Below, piece after piece: positions 19,026-28,586 of a DNA stretch of 64,000 nucleotides. Positions within the stretch are counted from its first letter, which is position 1, and every line of letters starts with the position of its first letter. Under the pieces are notes generated by a model. It searched no databases and was not told where the DNA came from. It saw only the letters and a program-made list of their open reading frames with translations. A program made the position numbers and the translations under genes. The stretch is from Chthoniobacteraceae bacterium (GTDB lineage Bacteria > Verrucomicrobiota > Verrucomicrobiia > Chthoniobacterales > Chthoniobacteraceae), in contig JANNXQ010000239.1 in the NCBI GenBank assembly GCA_031409655.1, positions 23,616-87,615 of the forward strand. Reading direction: 5' to 3'.

Positions 19026-19736
19026 ATGCACCCTTTCGCCCTTCCTTCCGACTACCCTCGCATCAAGGTGGTGAGCAGTTTTCAGGAACTGGTCGCGACG
19101 CCGTTTGTTGCTGGCGTGAATGCGCTCTGCTGGCCGCGGACCCTCCCGGGGGATTTCCGCGAGGTGGTGGAGCAGTTGGGTGCGGGCGTGGGGATCAGCA
19201 CGCTCGATGACGCCCGCCTGAACAGTCTGCCAGTGAGCGCCGCGGGCCGGGTGGCCATCGACATTCTCCTCGAAGATCAGCGACTGCTCCGGGCTCAGGA
19301 TCGCGACCCCGTGCTCAACTGCATCCACGGCTACCCGCGCGACGAAAGTCCGGTGCCCGTCCGCACGGACGTCTTTTCCTTCCATGCCGACAGCGCGCCG
19401 GTGGAAGCCGACACCTGGCTTTGCACTTACCACGGGCCGCCAAGCGAGGGCCTGCGCAACGACGAGGCGCAAAGGCGCGTGGAGATCCCTGACACCCGCG
19501 CCGCCCTGCTCGATGTTTTCGCTGGTAAAGATGACGACGACTTCCGCGAATACCTGAGTGAGCACTGCTATGACCTCCACTACGCGCCGCTGGCGCAGGC
19601 CCGGCCTTTTTCCTTCGGCCTGGGGCATCTCTGGCGCATCGCCGTGGACTGGCCCGGCAGTTCCGTTCCCCCATGCCTCCATCGCGCTCCGGAGACGCTC
19701 CCCGAGCAGCCGCCCCGCTTGCTCCTGATCAGTTGA
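19026..19736 (+). CDS. DUF1826-like putative Fe/2OG-fold protein
   Basis: FHADS, LCTYHG..SE, LHRAP...RLLLI; ATG 19026 chosen after the terminator. Confidence 0.7.
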   Translation: MHPFALPSDYPRIKVVSSFQELVATPFVAGVNALCWPRTLPGDFREVVEQLGAGVGISTLDDARLNSLPVSAAGRVAIDILLEDQRLLRAQDRDPVLNCIHGYPRDESPVPVRTDVFSFHADSAPVEADTWLCTYHGPPSEGLRNDEAQRRVEIPDTRAALLDVFAGKDDDDFREYLSEHCYDLHYAPLAQARPFSFGLGHLWRIAVDWPGSSVPPCLHRAPETLPEQPPRLLLIS

Positions 19737-20039
19737 GACTCAGCAGCGTGATAGTCGCTCCGCGCCCTTTGTCCAGGAGGTGTTGCGGCGCTTCCGCACG
19801 CGCACCTTCCGCCGTCAACGGTTTCGCGGAGGTGGCCGTGAGCCGCAGTCGCTTTGATCAACTTTCGATTTCCCACTTTTCGCCGAGTTTGAAGGAAACC
19901 CCACATCTGGCCAGATGTGAGTTGACCCGCGGGAGCGCTGGCCGGAGGTTCGGAGTGTTTCGTCCAGGACTGCTCGCCGCGTGGCGGGTGAACCGTCGCT
20001 GCCACTGTGAGGCGCTCGAAATCCCCCGATCTCGACGCC

Positions 20040-22322
20040 ATGGCTCAGCCTCCCAATACCAAAAACATCGCCTTCCTCGGCGACTACGTGCCCCGGCGTT
20101 GTGGCATCGCGACTTTCACGGCGGATATCTGCGAGGCGGTGGCGGCGGAGTTTCCGCAGACGCAGTGCATCGTGGGGTCGGTGAATGACCGGCCCGAGGG
20201 CTACGATTACCCGGAGCGGGTTCGATTTGAGATTGATGAGCGCGAACTCGATTCCTACCGGCGGGCGGCCGGATTCCTGAACATCAACAACGTGGAAGTG
20301 GTCTCCGTGCAGCACGAATTCGGGATCTACGGGGGACCGGCGGGGAGTCATCTGCTGGATTTTTTGCGGGAGGTGCGAAAGCCGGTGGTGACGACGCTGC
20401 ACACCGTACTCAGCGAGCCGAACGCGGATCAGCGCATGGTCATGGAGCAACTCGATCTGCTTTCCAATCGCTTCATCGTGATGGCGGAGCGCGGGCAGCG
20501 GATGCTGGAGAGCATCTACGGCATCGATCCCGCGAAGATCGACCTGATCCCGCATGGGGTGATCGACATGCCGTTTATCGATTCAAACTTCTTTAAGGAT
20601 GTCTTCGGGGTGGAGGGGAAGACGGTGCTGCTGACCTTTGGCCTGCTCTCGCCGAATAAGGGGATCGAGTATGTGATCGAGGCGCTGCCGGCGATCCTGA
20701 AGCGGCATCCGAATATCGTCTATCTCGTGCTCGGGGCCACCCATCCGCACTTACTCGCGCAGGAGGGGGAGGTGTACCGTCGGCGGTTGGAGCGGCTCGC
20801 GGTAGAGCGCGGGGTGGCGAAGCAGGTGATCTTTCACGACCGTTTCGTGATGATCGAAGAGCTCAAGGAATTCATCGGGGCGGCGGATATTTACATTACT
20901 CCCTACCTGAATGAGGCGCAGGTGACGTCGGGCACACTGGCTTATACTTTTGGCGCAGGGAAGGCGGTGATCTCCACGCCTTACTGGCATGCCCAGGAAT
21001 TACTCGCGGGTGAACGCGGCGTGCTCGTCCCTTTCCGGGATTCGAGTGCGATCGCGGACGGGGTGAACCATTTCCTCTCGAATCCCACGCTGATGACGGC
21101 GATGCGCAAACGCGCGTGGAAAGCAGGTCGGGAGATGATCTGGCCGGTGGTGGCGCGGCGGTACATGGAGAGTTTTGAGCGGGCGCGGGCGGGTCTCAGC
21201 GTGCCGTCGATCGAGACGGTGGCAGAGCGGAAGATCGAGAATGCCAACTACCCGATGCCCGCGTTGAAGCTCGATCACCTCATGAAGATGAGTGATCACA
21301 CGGGCATCTTTCAGCACGCGATCTATAACGTGCCAAACTATCATGAGGGTTACTGCACGGATGACAACGCGCGTGCTTTCATCCTGACGGTGCTGCTGCA
21401 GGAGCACACGGCGCCACAGCCGGATATTGAGCGACTGGCGAGCAGTTACCTCGCTTTTCTTTGGTATGCCTTTGACGCGAACACCTGCCGCTTTCGCAAC
21501 TTCATGAATCACCACCGAGAGTGGATCGAGCGTGCTGGGTCGGAGGATAGTCATGCGCGCGCGCTTTGGGCCGTGGGCACAGCCCTCGGGCGTTCGCACG
21601 ATCATGGACATCGGAATCTCTGCGCGTTGTTGTTTCAGCGAGGGCTTCCGCCAGTCGCGCGCTTTAGTTCACCGCGGGCGTGGGCTTTTGCCCTGCTCGC
21701 CATTCACGAATATCTCCGGGCCTTTGCCGGAGATCGAGCGGTGGGGCAGATGCGGGATGTGCTGGCGGGACAGTTGGTCGGCCTTTATCGCGCAAATTCT
21801 TCGCCGGGCTGGCAGTGGTTTGAGCGCATCGCCACTTACGATAATGCAAAGCTCTCGCACGCTTTGATCCTCAGTGGTCACTGGACTTCGCATGGGGAAA
21901 TGCTCGAGATCGGGCTCACTTCGCTGCGCTGGTTGCTGGAGGCGCAGACGGCGGAGAGCGGTCACTTTACGCCCATCGGCTGCCATGGCTTTTGGCAGCA
22001 GGGTGGACAGCGGGCGCGCTTCGATCAGCAACCGCTTGAGGCGCACGCCACGGTTTCGGCCTGCCTGGAGGCTTATGCCGTGACGCGCGATGAATTCTGG
22101 CGGCGCGGGGCCCAGCGTTGTTTCGATTGGTTTCTCGGGCGCAACGATCTCGGTCTGCCCCTTTACGACGAGCGCACCGGGGGCTGCCGCGATGCCCTTT
22201 TGCAAGATCACCTCAATCAAAACCAGGGAGCGGAATCGAGTCTCGCCTTCTATCTCTCCCGCACCGAACTTGCGCGCGCTTCCAGCGGCCAAATCCAGCT
22301 CCTCCAGCCATGCGCCGCCTGA
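20040..22322 (+). CDS. GT4 glycosyltransferase fused to a C-terminal helical glycosidase-like domain
   Basis: PRRCGIATFT, QHEFGIYGG, FGLLSPNKGIE, SGTLAY, ISTPYW; C-terminal domain with YCTDDNARA, EDSHARA, FDQQP, NQNQGAES. Confidence 0.88.
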   Translation: MAQPPNTKNIAFLGDYVPRRCGIATFTADICEAVAAEFPQTQCIVGSVNDRPEGYDYPERVRFEIDERELDSYRRAAGFLNINNVEVVSVQHEFGIYGGPAGSHLLDFLREVRKPVVTTLHTVLSEPNADQRMVMEQLDLLSNRFIVMAERGQRMLESIYGIDPAKIDLIPHGVIDMPFIDSNFFKDVFGVEGKTVLLTFGLLSPNKGIEYVIEALPAILKRHPNIVYLVLGATHPHLLAQEGEVYRRRLERLAVERGVAKQVIFHDRFVMIEELKEFIGAADIYITPYLNEAQVTSGTLAYTFGAGKAVISTPYWHAQELLAGERGVLVPFRDSSAIADGVNHFLSNPTLMTAMRKRAWKAGREMIWPVVARRYMESFERARAGLSVPSIETVAERKIENANYPMPALKLDHLMKMSDHTGIFQHAIYNVPNYHEGYCTDDNARAFILTVLLQEHTAPQPDIERLASSYLAFLWYAFDANTCRFRNFMNHHREWIERAGSEDSHARALWAVGTALGRSHDHGHRNLCALLFQRGLPPVARFSSPRAWAFALLAIHEYLRAFAGDRAVGQMRDVLAGQLVGLYRANSSPGWQWFERIATYDNAKLSHALILSGHWTSHGEMLEIGLTSLRWLLEAQTAESGHFTPIGCHGFWQQGGQRARFDQQPLEAHATVSACLEAYAVTRDEFWRRGAQRCFDWFLGRNDLGLPLYDERTGGCRDALLQDHLNQNQGAESSLAFYLSRTELARASSGQIQLLQPCAA

Positions 22323-23767
22323 CCATTCATCCTTCTGGAATTCTGCTGCGACCAAATAGCGCACGCGTTCTCGTCCGACCATTCATCCCCTCAGATGCCA
22401 CGCGGATCGTTCACGTCATCGGGCGCGCGCTCGCGCTCAGTGAGCCGGAGGTCGAGGTTCAGTTGGCTGCGGTGCTTGCGGATTTCGGCGATCGGCATGT
22501 GGATCTTCGCGGAGTGTGGCGGCAAAATTACCAACGCGTGCGCGCCCACGTCTTCAGCGGGCGTCCGCTCTCGGAGACCCGCCAGCTCTACATCGGCGCG
22601 CTTTTCTCCGGCGAATACGCACTCGAATCCGCCGCGCTTTTCAACCCCTCGATCGTCGCGCATCCCGATCAATCCAGCCTCCCGGAGGGTGCGCTGCGTT
22701 TTATCATGAGCCTGCGCGCGACCGGGGAGGGGCATATCTCGTCGATCGAATTTCGCACGGGCGTCATCGACGCCGAGCACACCATCACGCTCGATGAACC
22801 TTCGGGCTTTGTGACGGCGCCCGCGCTCAATCCGAACCCGACCTATCGTAAGACGGTCTTCCTCCACAAGTTGATGGAGATGGGTTTTGAGAACGAGTGG
22901 TCCACGGAGGTGATGCGTTCGCTCAACAAAGACTTTACTCTGAGTGAACTCGAGGCCGCCATCCGCGGAGCCTCGAGCGACCTCGGGCCGCTGCCGCGCG
23001 AAGTGCAGCGCACTACTGAGTGCATCCGCTGGCTGGCCGAGTCGAATTACGAAGTCCACTTCGCACCCGGAGTTGCTGTTTCCGAGCGCATCATTTTTCC
23101 CGTCTCTTCGAATGAGAGCAATGGCATGGAAGACGCGCGCTTTGTGCGCTTCGTCGAGGACGACGGCACCGTCATCTACTACGCGACTTACACCGCCTAC
23201 AATGGGCGCGCGATCCTGCCGCAGCTTTTGGAAACTTCTGACTTCCTCAGCTTCCGCGCGCGCACGCTGAATGGCCGGGCGGTGCAGAACAAAGGGATGG
23301 CTTTCTTCCCGCGGCGCGTCGGTGGCCGCTATGCCATGATTTCACGGCAGGATGACGAGAATCTTTTCCTGATGTTCTCCGACAACCCGCACTTTTGGAG
23401 TGAACCCCGCATCCTGCGTCGGCCGAGTCATCCGTGGGAGATGGTGAAGATCGGCAATTGCGGTTCGCCGATGGAGACGGAAGCAGGCTGGCTGGTCATC
23501 ACCCACGGGGTCGGCCCGATGCGGAAGTATTCCCTCGGCGCGCTGCTGCTCGACTTGCAGGACCCGACAAAGGTGCTCGGCGAATCCGTGACGCCACTCG
23601 TTTCGCCAGAGGGCAATGGTCGCGAAGGCTACGTGCCGAATGTGGTTTACACGTGCGGCGCGCTGCTGCATCGCGGTCGTGTCGTCCTGCCCTACGGCCT
23701 GAGTGATACCGCGTGTACGATCGCGACGATTCCTCTGGCTGAATTGCTTGCGGATTTGATGGGCTGA
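22310..23767 (+). CDS. GH130-family glycoside phosphorylase/hydrolase (long form)
   Basis: ALFNPS, MEDARF, YYATYTAY, NKGMA.FP, KIGNCGSP, EGYVPNVVY.CG, PYG.SD; overlaps GT4 gene end. Confidence 0.88.
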   Translation: MRRLTIHPSGILLRPNSARVLVRPFIPSDATRIVHVIGRALALSEPEVEVQLAAVLADFGDRHVDLRGVWRQNYQRVRAHVFSGRPLSETRQLYIGALFSGEYALESAALFNPSIVAHPDQSSLPEGALRFIMSLRATGEGHISSIEFRTGVIDAEHTITLDEPSGFVTAPALNPNPTYRKTVFLHKLMEMGFENEWSTEVMRSLNKDFTLSELEAAIRGASSDLGPLPREVQRTTECIRWLAESNYEVHFAPGVAVSERIIFPVSSNESNGMEDARFVRFVEDDGTVIYYATYTAYNGRAILPQLLETSDFLSFRARTLNGRAVQNKGMAFFPRRVGGRYAMISRQDDENLFLMFSDNPHFWSEPRILRRPSHPWEMVKIGNCGSPMETEAGWLVITHGVGPMRKYSLGALLLDLQDPTKVLGESVTPLVSPEGNGREGYVPNVVYTCGALLHRGRVVLPYGLSDTACTIATIPLAELLADLMG

Positions 23768-23885
23768 CGAGAGCAGGTAGTTGCCCGCGGCACTCGGGGA
23801 GGCGTCATTGCTGCGCAGCGCGTCTGGCCGCATCCGCCGGCGCGTTCTTGCCACTTCTCTGCCGGATCTCTACACGATGCCGGCC

Positions 23886-25160
23886 ATGAATCGTTCCCCT
23901 CGCTTCCGCCTCTTCCTGATGATGGTGCTGCAGTTCTTCATCTGGGGGGCGTGGCTGCCGCCGCTTTTCCATCTGATGGGGGCGAAGGAGGGGCTCAATT
24001 TCACCGCCACGCAGCAGACCTTGATTGGGAGCTGCTTTGCCATCGCGTCGGTGCTGGGCATCTTTTTTTCCAATCAATTCGCGGATCGGAATTTCGCTTC
24101 GGAACGGTTCATGGCCTTCAGTCATTTGGTCAGCGGCTTGGCGCTGATCGGGCTCTTTTTCGTGAAGAGCTTCGGGCCGTTTTTCACCCTGATGCTTATT
24201 CATTCGATCTTGTACGTGCCGACGATTTCGGTCGGGAACTCGCTCGCCTTTGCCAACCTGAAGGATCCGGCAAAGGAGTTTGGCCTCGTGCGGATGGGTG
24301 GGACGATCGGGTGGATCATGGCGTCGTGGCCCTTTGTTTTCATTCTTAAAGGCAAGACGGGGCAGGCCTTGGCGGACGCGGAGATGTACGCCTTTGTCGT
24401 CGCGGGGATTGCTTCCCTGGTGCTGGCGGGATTTTGCCTGACGCTACCGCACACGCCGCCGAAGACGGCGGCGGAGGGTGCGGGTGAATCGCTCGCCTGG
24501 CTCGAGGCGATGCGGCTGCTCCGGCTGCCCTTTGTCTTCGTGCTCTTTCTCGTCACTTTCATTGATGCAACCATTCACAACGGTTACTTTGTCATGGCCT
24601 TCGGCTTTCTCGCGGACATCGGGTTCAAGCCAGAGAGCATCATGCCGATCATGAGCATCGGGCAGGTTGCGGAGATCGCGACGATGGCCATCCTCGGCGG
24701 GGTGCTGGCGAAGTTCGGTTGGCGCACCACGATGATCATTGGCATCCTCGGTCACGCGGCGCGGTATGCGGTCTTTGCCTTCTTTGCGCAGAACCTTGCG
24801 GTCATCGTCGTCATCCAGGTGCTCCACGGCATCTGCTACGCGTTCTTTTTTGCCACGGTGTACATCTTCATCGACGCGGCTTTCCCGAAGGATGTCCGCG
24901 CCAGCGCGCAGGGCCTTTTCAATCTGCTCATTCTCGGGCTCGGCGATCTCGCGGCAAAGTGGATCTTCATCCCGCTGATGAATCAGTGGAAAGTGAGCGT
25001 GGCGCTCGAGGGCGGGGGAACGCGGGAGATGATCGACTACCACAAACTCTTCCTCGTGCCGGTGGGTCTGGCGCTGGGCGCGACGATCCTGCTGGCGGTG
25101 GCGTTTCATCCGCCGAAAGAAATCTCCGCGCAGGGCGGTCCCGCGAAGGCGCCGCACTAA
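23886..25160 (+). CDS. MFS nucleoside:H+ symporter-like transporter (NupG/YegT family)
   Basis: LQFFIWGAW, FADRNF..ER, R.GGTIGW, LHGICYAFFF, RASAQGLF; start 23877 or 23886. Confidence 0.88.
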   Translation: MNRSPRFRLFLMMVLQFFIWGAWLPPLFHLMGAKEGLNFTATQQTLIGSCFAIASVLGIFFSNQFADRNFASERFMAFSHLVSGLALIGLFFVKSFGPFFTLMLIHSILYVPTISVGNSLAFANLKDPAKEFGLVRMGGTIGWIMASWPFVFILKGKTGQALADAEMYAFVVAGIASLVLAGFCLTLPHTPPKTAAEGAGESLAWLEAMRLLRLPFVFVLFLVTFIDATIHNGYFVMAFGFLADIGFKPESIMPIMSIGQVAEIATMAILGGVLAKFGWRTTMIIGILGHAARYAVFAFFAQNLAVIVVIQVLHGICYAFFFATVYIFIDAAFPKDVRASAQGLFNLLILGLGDLAAKWIFIPLMNQWKVSVALEGGGTREMIDYHKLFLVPVGLALGATILLAVAFHPPKEISAQGGPAKAPH

Positions 25161-25211
25161 GGTTCCGAGCGTTGACAGATTGATGCCCGGCAACGCAGAT
25201 TCCAAATTCTT

Positions 25212-26594
25212 ATGAATCCCTCCCCATTCGCCCAAGCCACCACGCGCCGCCGCTTCCTCCAAACGACCGGCACCGCCGCCACTGCTTCGGTGCTCGCGGG
25301 CGTGAAAATTCCCTTCGTCCACGCGGCCGAGGACAATACCCAACAGCTCGCCATCGTGGGCTGCGGCGGACGCGGCACGGGCGCCATTGCGAATGCGCTC
25401 ACGGTCACTGGCCCGCCGGTGAAGCTCATGGCTATGGGCGACATCGCGGAGAGCAAAATCAAGAACTGCCTCAACGGCATCAAGACGAAGTTCCCGACGC
25501 AGGTCGATGTGCCGGAAGAGCGGCAGTTCACGGGCTTCGACGCCTACAAGCACGTCATCGACGCGCTGCCGAAGAATGGCATCGTCATCTTCACCACCCC
25601 GCCGGCGTTTCGCTGGGTGTTCTTTAAGTACGCGATCGATAAAGGACTGCAAAACGTCTTCATGGAAAAGCCCGTCTGCACGGATGGGCCGACGGCGCGC
25701 CGGATGCTGGCGCTCAATGAAGAGGCGAAGGCGAAAGGGATGCGGGTCGCGGTGGGCCTCATGGTCCGCCACTGCAAGGCGCGCAAGGAACTCGCCAACC
25801 GCATCCATCAAGGCGAACTCGGCGAGATCCTGCTCATCCGCGCCTATCGTCAGCAGGGGCCGGTCGCTTCCTTCCGCACGAAGAAGCGCGATCCGGAAAA
25901 AGACCCGAACGAATTGCTCTATCAGATCAAAAACTTCCACAGCTTCATGTGGATCAGCGGCGGCGCTTTCAGCGACTACAACATTCACAACATCGACGAG
26001 AGCTGCTGGGTGAAGAACGACTGGCCGGTCGAAGCGAAGGGCAGCGGTGGACGGCATTACCGGGACGAATGGGTGGATCAAAACTTTGACAACTACACCG
26101 TCGAGTACACCTTTGGCGACGGCACGAAGCTGATGTGGCAGAGCGGCAACATGCAGGGCACGCAGACGCAATTCTGCACGCACGCGCATGGCACCAAGGG
26201 GATGGCGATCTTCTCCACGGCGGGGCATCTGCCGGCAAAGTCGCGCATCTTCAAAGGGCAGTCGCTGAAGAGCGAGGATGTGATCTGGTCCTATCCGCAG
26301 CCGGAGCCAAATCCGTATGATGTGGAGTGGGAAGATTTCCTCGAAGCCATCCGCGGAAACCAGCCGTACAACGAAGTGGAGCGCTCGGTGAAATCCAGTC
26401 TCGTCACGGCAATGGGCCGTCTCTCCTCGCACACCGGACAGACGATCAGCTACGAAGACGCGCTGAACTGGCAGTCGGAGTTTGCGCCGGATGTGGACAA
26501 GCTCACGATGGACAGTCCCGCGCCGGTCCTCGCGGACGCCGAAGGCAAGTACCCCTTGCCGGAGCCGGGAATCAAAAAGAAGACCGAGTACTGA
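25212..26594 (+). CDS. Tat-exported Gfo/Idh/MocA oxidoreductase
   Basis: TRRRFL Tat motif, VGCGGRGTGA, TTPPAFR, FMEKP, HNID. Confidence 0.92.
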   Translation: MNPSPFAQATTRRRFLQTTGTAATASVLAGVKIPFVHAAEDNTQQLAIVGCGGRGTGAIANALTVTGPPVKLMAMGDIAESKIKNCLNGIKTKFPTQVDVPEERQFTGFDAYKHVIDALPKNGIVIFTTPPAFRWVFFKYAIDKGLQNVFMEKPVCTDGPTARRMLALNEEAKAKGMRVAVGLMVRHCKARKELANRIHQGELGEILLIRAYRQQGPVASFRTKKRDPEKDPNELLYQIKNFHSFMWISGGAFSDYNIHNIDESCWVKNDWPVEAKGSGGRHYRDEWVDQNFDNYTVEYTFGDGTKLMWQSGNMQGTQTQFCTHAHGTKGMAIFSTAGHLPAKSRIFKGQSLKSEDVIWSYPQPEPNPYDVEWEDFLEAIRGNQPYNEVERSVKSSLVTAMGRLSSHTGQTISYEDALNWQSEFAPDVDKLTMDSPAPVLADAEGKYPLPEPGIKKKTEY

Positions 26595-26615
26595 GCAGGC
26601 CCGGCATGACTTTCG

Positions 26616-26657
26616 GAGCCGCCGTCTTCCACGAAGGCGGCGGCTTCCGTTTTTTTC
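26616..26657 (+). terminator. Intrinsic terminator
   Basis: GAGCCGCCGTCTTC..GAAGGCGGCGGCTTC stem followed by a T7 tract. Confidence 0.8.
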
Positions 26658-26667
26658 TGGAAGCGGC

Positions 26668-27408
26668 ATGAAGCGTTCGCCATTCAAACATCTGCGACGG
26701 CTGGTCAATGCGTGGCATCTGGGCGTGTCGTTTGGGCGGCGCTCGACGTTTCGAATGCCGGCGAAGATCCGGCTCGGCGGGCGGGAGGTCGCGATCACGG
26801 CGCCGGAGGAACAGGGGGCGCGGTGCGATTTTGTGACGTGCTTTTTGAGCGACGAGTACGCGCTCGGGAAGATCCGGTTTCCCGTCGCCACGATCGCGGA
26901 CATCGGCGCGAATGTGGGCTTCTTCTCGATGGCCGCGAGCGCGCGTTTTCCGGCAGCGAAGATCCACGCTTATGAACCGAATCCGCGCGTGCATCCTTTT
27001 CTCCGCGCGAATCTCGGCGCGGTGAATGTGCCCATGTATCCCGAGGCAGTCGGAGCGCGCCCGGGCTGGGTGCAAATTCAAGACACTGCCGAATCGAATG
27101 CGGCTTCGACGGTGCCGGTATCGGGCGAGGGAAATGGCGTGCCGCAGGTGTCGCTCGGGGAGGTGATCGAGCGACTCGGGGGGCACGTCGATCTGGTGAA
27201 GATGGACTGCGAAGGGGCGGAGTGGGAGATGTTCACGGAGCCGGGACCGTGGCAGCGGATCAGGGAGGTGCGGATGGAATATCATCTGCACGGTGGGCGC
27301 AGTTATTCCGACGTGCGCGCGGCGCTCGGCGGGCTCGGCTTTGCGATCTACCACCATCGTCCGGAGGACGGGATGGGGACGGTCTTCGCGAAGAATCGCG
27401 CGGGATGA
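26668..27408 (+). CDS. FkbM family methyltransferase
   Basis: DIGANVGFFS, AYEPNP, LVKMDCEGAE, MEYH. Confidence 0.9.
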   Translation: MKRSPFKHLRRLVNAWHLGVSFGRRSTFRMPAKIRLGGREVAITAPEEQGARCDFVTCFLSDEYALGKIRFPVATIADIGANVGFFSMAASARFPAAKIHAYEPNPRVHPFLRANLGAVNVPMYPEAVGARPGWVQIQDTAESNAASTVPVSGEGNGVPQVSLGEVIERLGGHVDLVKMDCEGAEWEMFTEPGPWQRIREVRMEYHLHGGRSYSDVRAALGGLGFAIYHHRPEDGMGTVFAKNRAG

Positions 27409-27409
27409 A

Positions 27410-27529
27410 CCTGGGAGCGCCGCCGTCCCCGTGCGGCAACCACGCACGCGCGCAGCGCCACTTTGCTTTCTAGAGGTGGCGCGGTGCGCGGAGGGGCACG
27501 ATGCCGCACGGGACGGCGGCGCTCCCAGG
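27410..27529. repeat. REPIN-like element, family A copy 2
   Basis: CCTGGGAGCGCCGCCGTCCCCGTGCGGCA ... GATGCCGCACGGGACGGCGGCGCTCCCAGG between convergent genes. Confidence 0.9.
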
Positions 27530-27545
27530 ATGGCGCATCCTGCTA

Positions 27546-28586
27546 CTACGCCTTCGTCGCCCAGCGGAGTTTCGCGCTGCTGGAGCGGGGATTGGCGCGC
27601 GTTTCTTCCGGCGAAGCACGCAGCGGATCGGGCGCGATGGCGCTGTAGTAGCCGTCGAGCGCGCCGTATTTGAAGGCCTGTTTCACCCGGCGGTCTTCTC
27701 CCGAGTGAAAGCTGAGGATGGCGACGCGCCCGCCGGGTTTCAGGCACTGCGGGAGGATGCGGAGGAAGGTGTCGAGCGCGCTGAATTCATCATTCACCGC
27801 GATGCGCAGCGCCTGGAAGACGCGGCGCACGGAGTCTTCAATGTCCTGCCGCTGGCCGCGCGGATGGATGGTCAGGGTCTGGCGGATCGCCTCCACGAGT
27901 GCGGTCGTCGTGGCGGGCGCCGCGCGAAGCAGGGCCGGGGCGAGGATCGCGGCGTGCGGTTCGTCGCTATGTTCGGTGAGGAGGCGTTCGAGTTGCGGGG
28001 CGCTCACCTTGGTGAGCCACTCGGAGGCGGGCTGGCCGCGCAGGGGATTCATGCGGAGATCGAGCGGGCCTTCGGTCTTGAAGGTGAAGCCGCGCGCGGG
28101 ATCGTCGAGCTGCATGGAAGAGACGCCGAGATCCGCGAGGATCGCATCCGCGCCCCCCGGAGCTTCGATGGCGAGCACTTGCGCGAGGCCGGCGAAGTTT
28201 GTCTGCCGCACGATGAGCGCTTCTTCCGGCAGGCCGAGCGCCCGCAGACGCCCCTCCGTCTTGGGCAACTCGATGGGATCGACGTCCAGCGCGATCAGTC
28301 GTCCACGGGGCTGCACGGCGTGCAGCAGTTCCTGCGCGTGGCCGCCGTAGCCGAGCGTGCAGTCCACGGCGATCTCACCGGGGTGCGGCGTGAGCGCGGC
28401 GAGGATCTCGCGAACCATGATCGGACGATGCATGCCGGCTGGCGTCTTGCCGCTGGCGAGCACCTTCGCGACGTCCTCCGCGTAGCGCTCGGGTTGATGC
28501 TCTTTGTATTTTTCCGCAAAGCTGCGCGGATTTTTCCCCGAGTAACGCGGGCGCCGTTTCGGCTTCTCGGGAGGGAGGTCACTCAC
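27546..28586 (-). CDS. rsmH: 16S rRNA m4C1402 methyltransferase RsmH-family paralog with N-terminal extension
   Basis: H.PIM, DCTLGYGGH, ADLGVSSMQLD, PLDLRM, FQALRIAVNDE, SFHSGEDR.VK, NPRS.SAKLR. Confidence 0.88.
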   Translation of the reverse strand: MSDLPPEKPKRRPRYSGKNPRSFAEKYKEHQPERYAEDVAKVLASGKTPAGMHRPIMVREILAALTPHPGEIAVDCTLGYGGHAQELLHAVQPRGRLIALDVDPIELPKTEGRLRALGLPEEALIVRQTNFAGLAQVLAIEAPGGADAILADLGVSSMQLDDPARGFTFKTEGPLDLRMNPLRGQPASEWLTKVSAPQLERLLTEHSDEPHAAILAPALLRAAPATTTALVEAIRQTLTIHPRGQRQDIEDSVRRVFQALRIAVNDEFSALDTFLRILPQCLKPGGRVAILSFHSGEDRRVKQAFKYGALDGYYSAIAPDPLRASPEETRANPRSSSAKLRWATKA

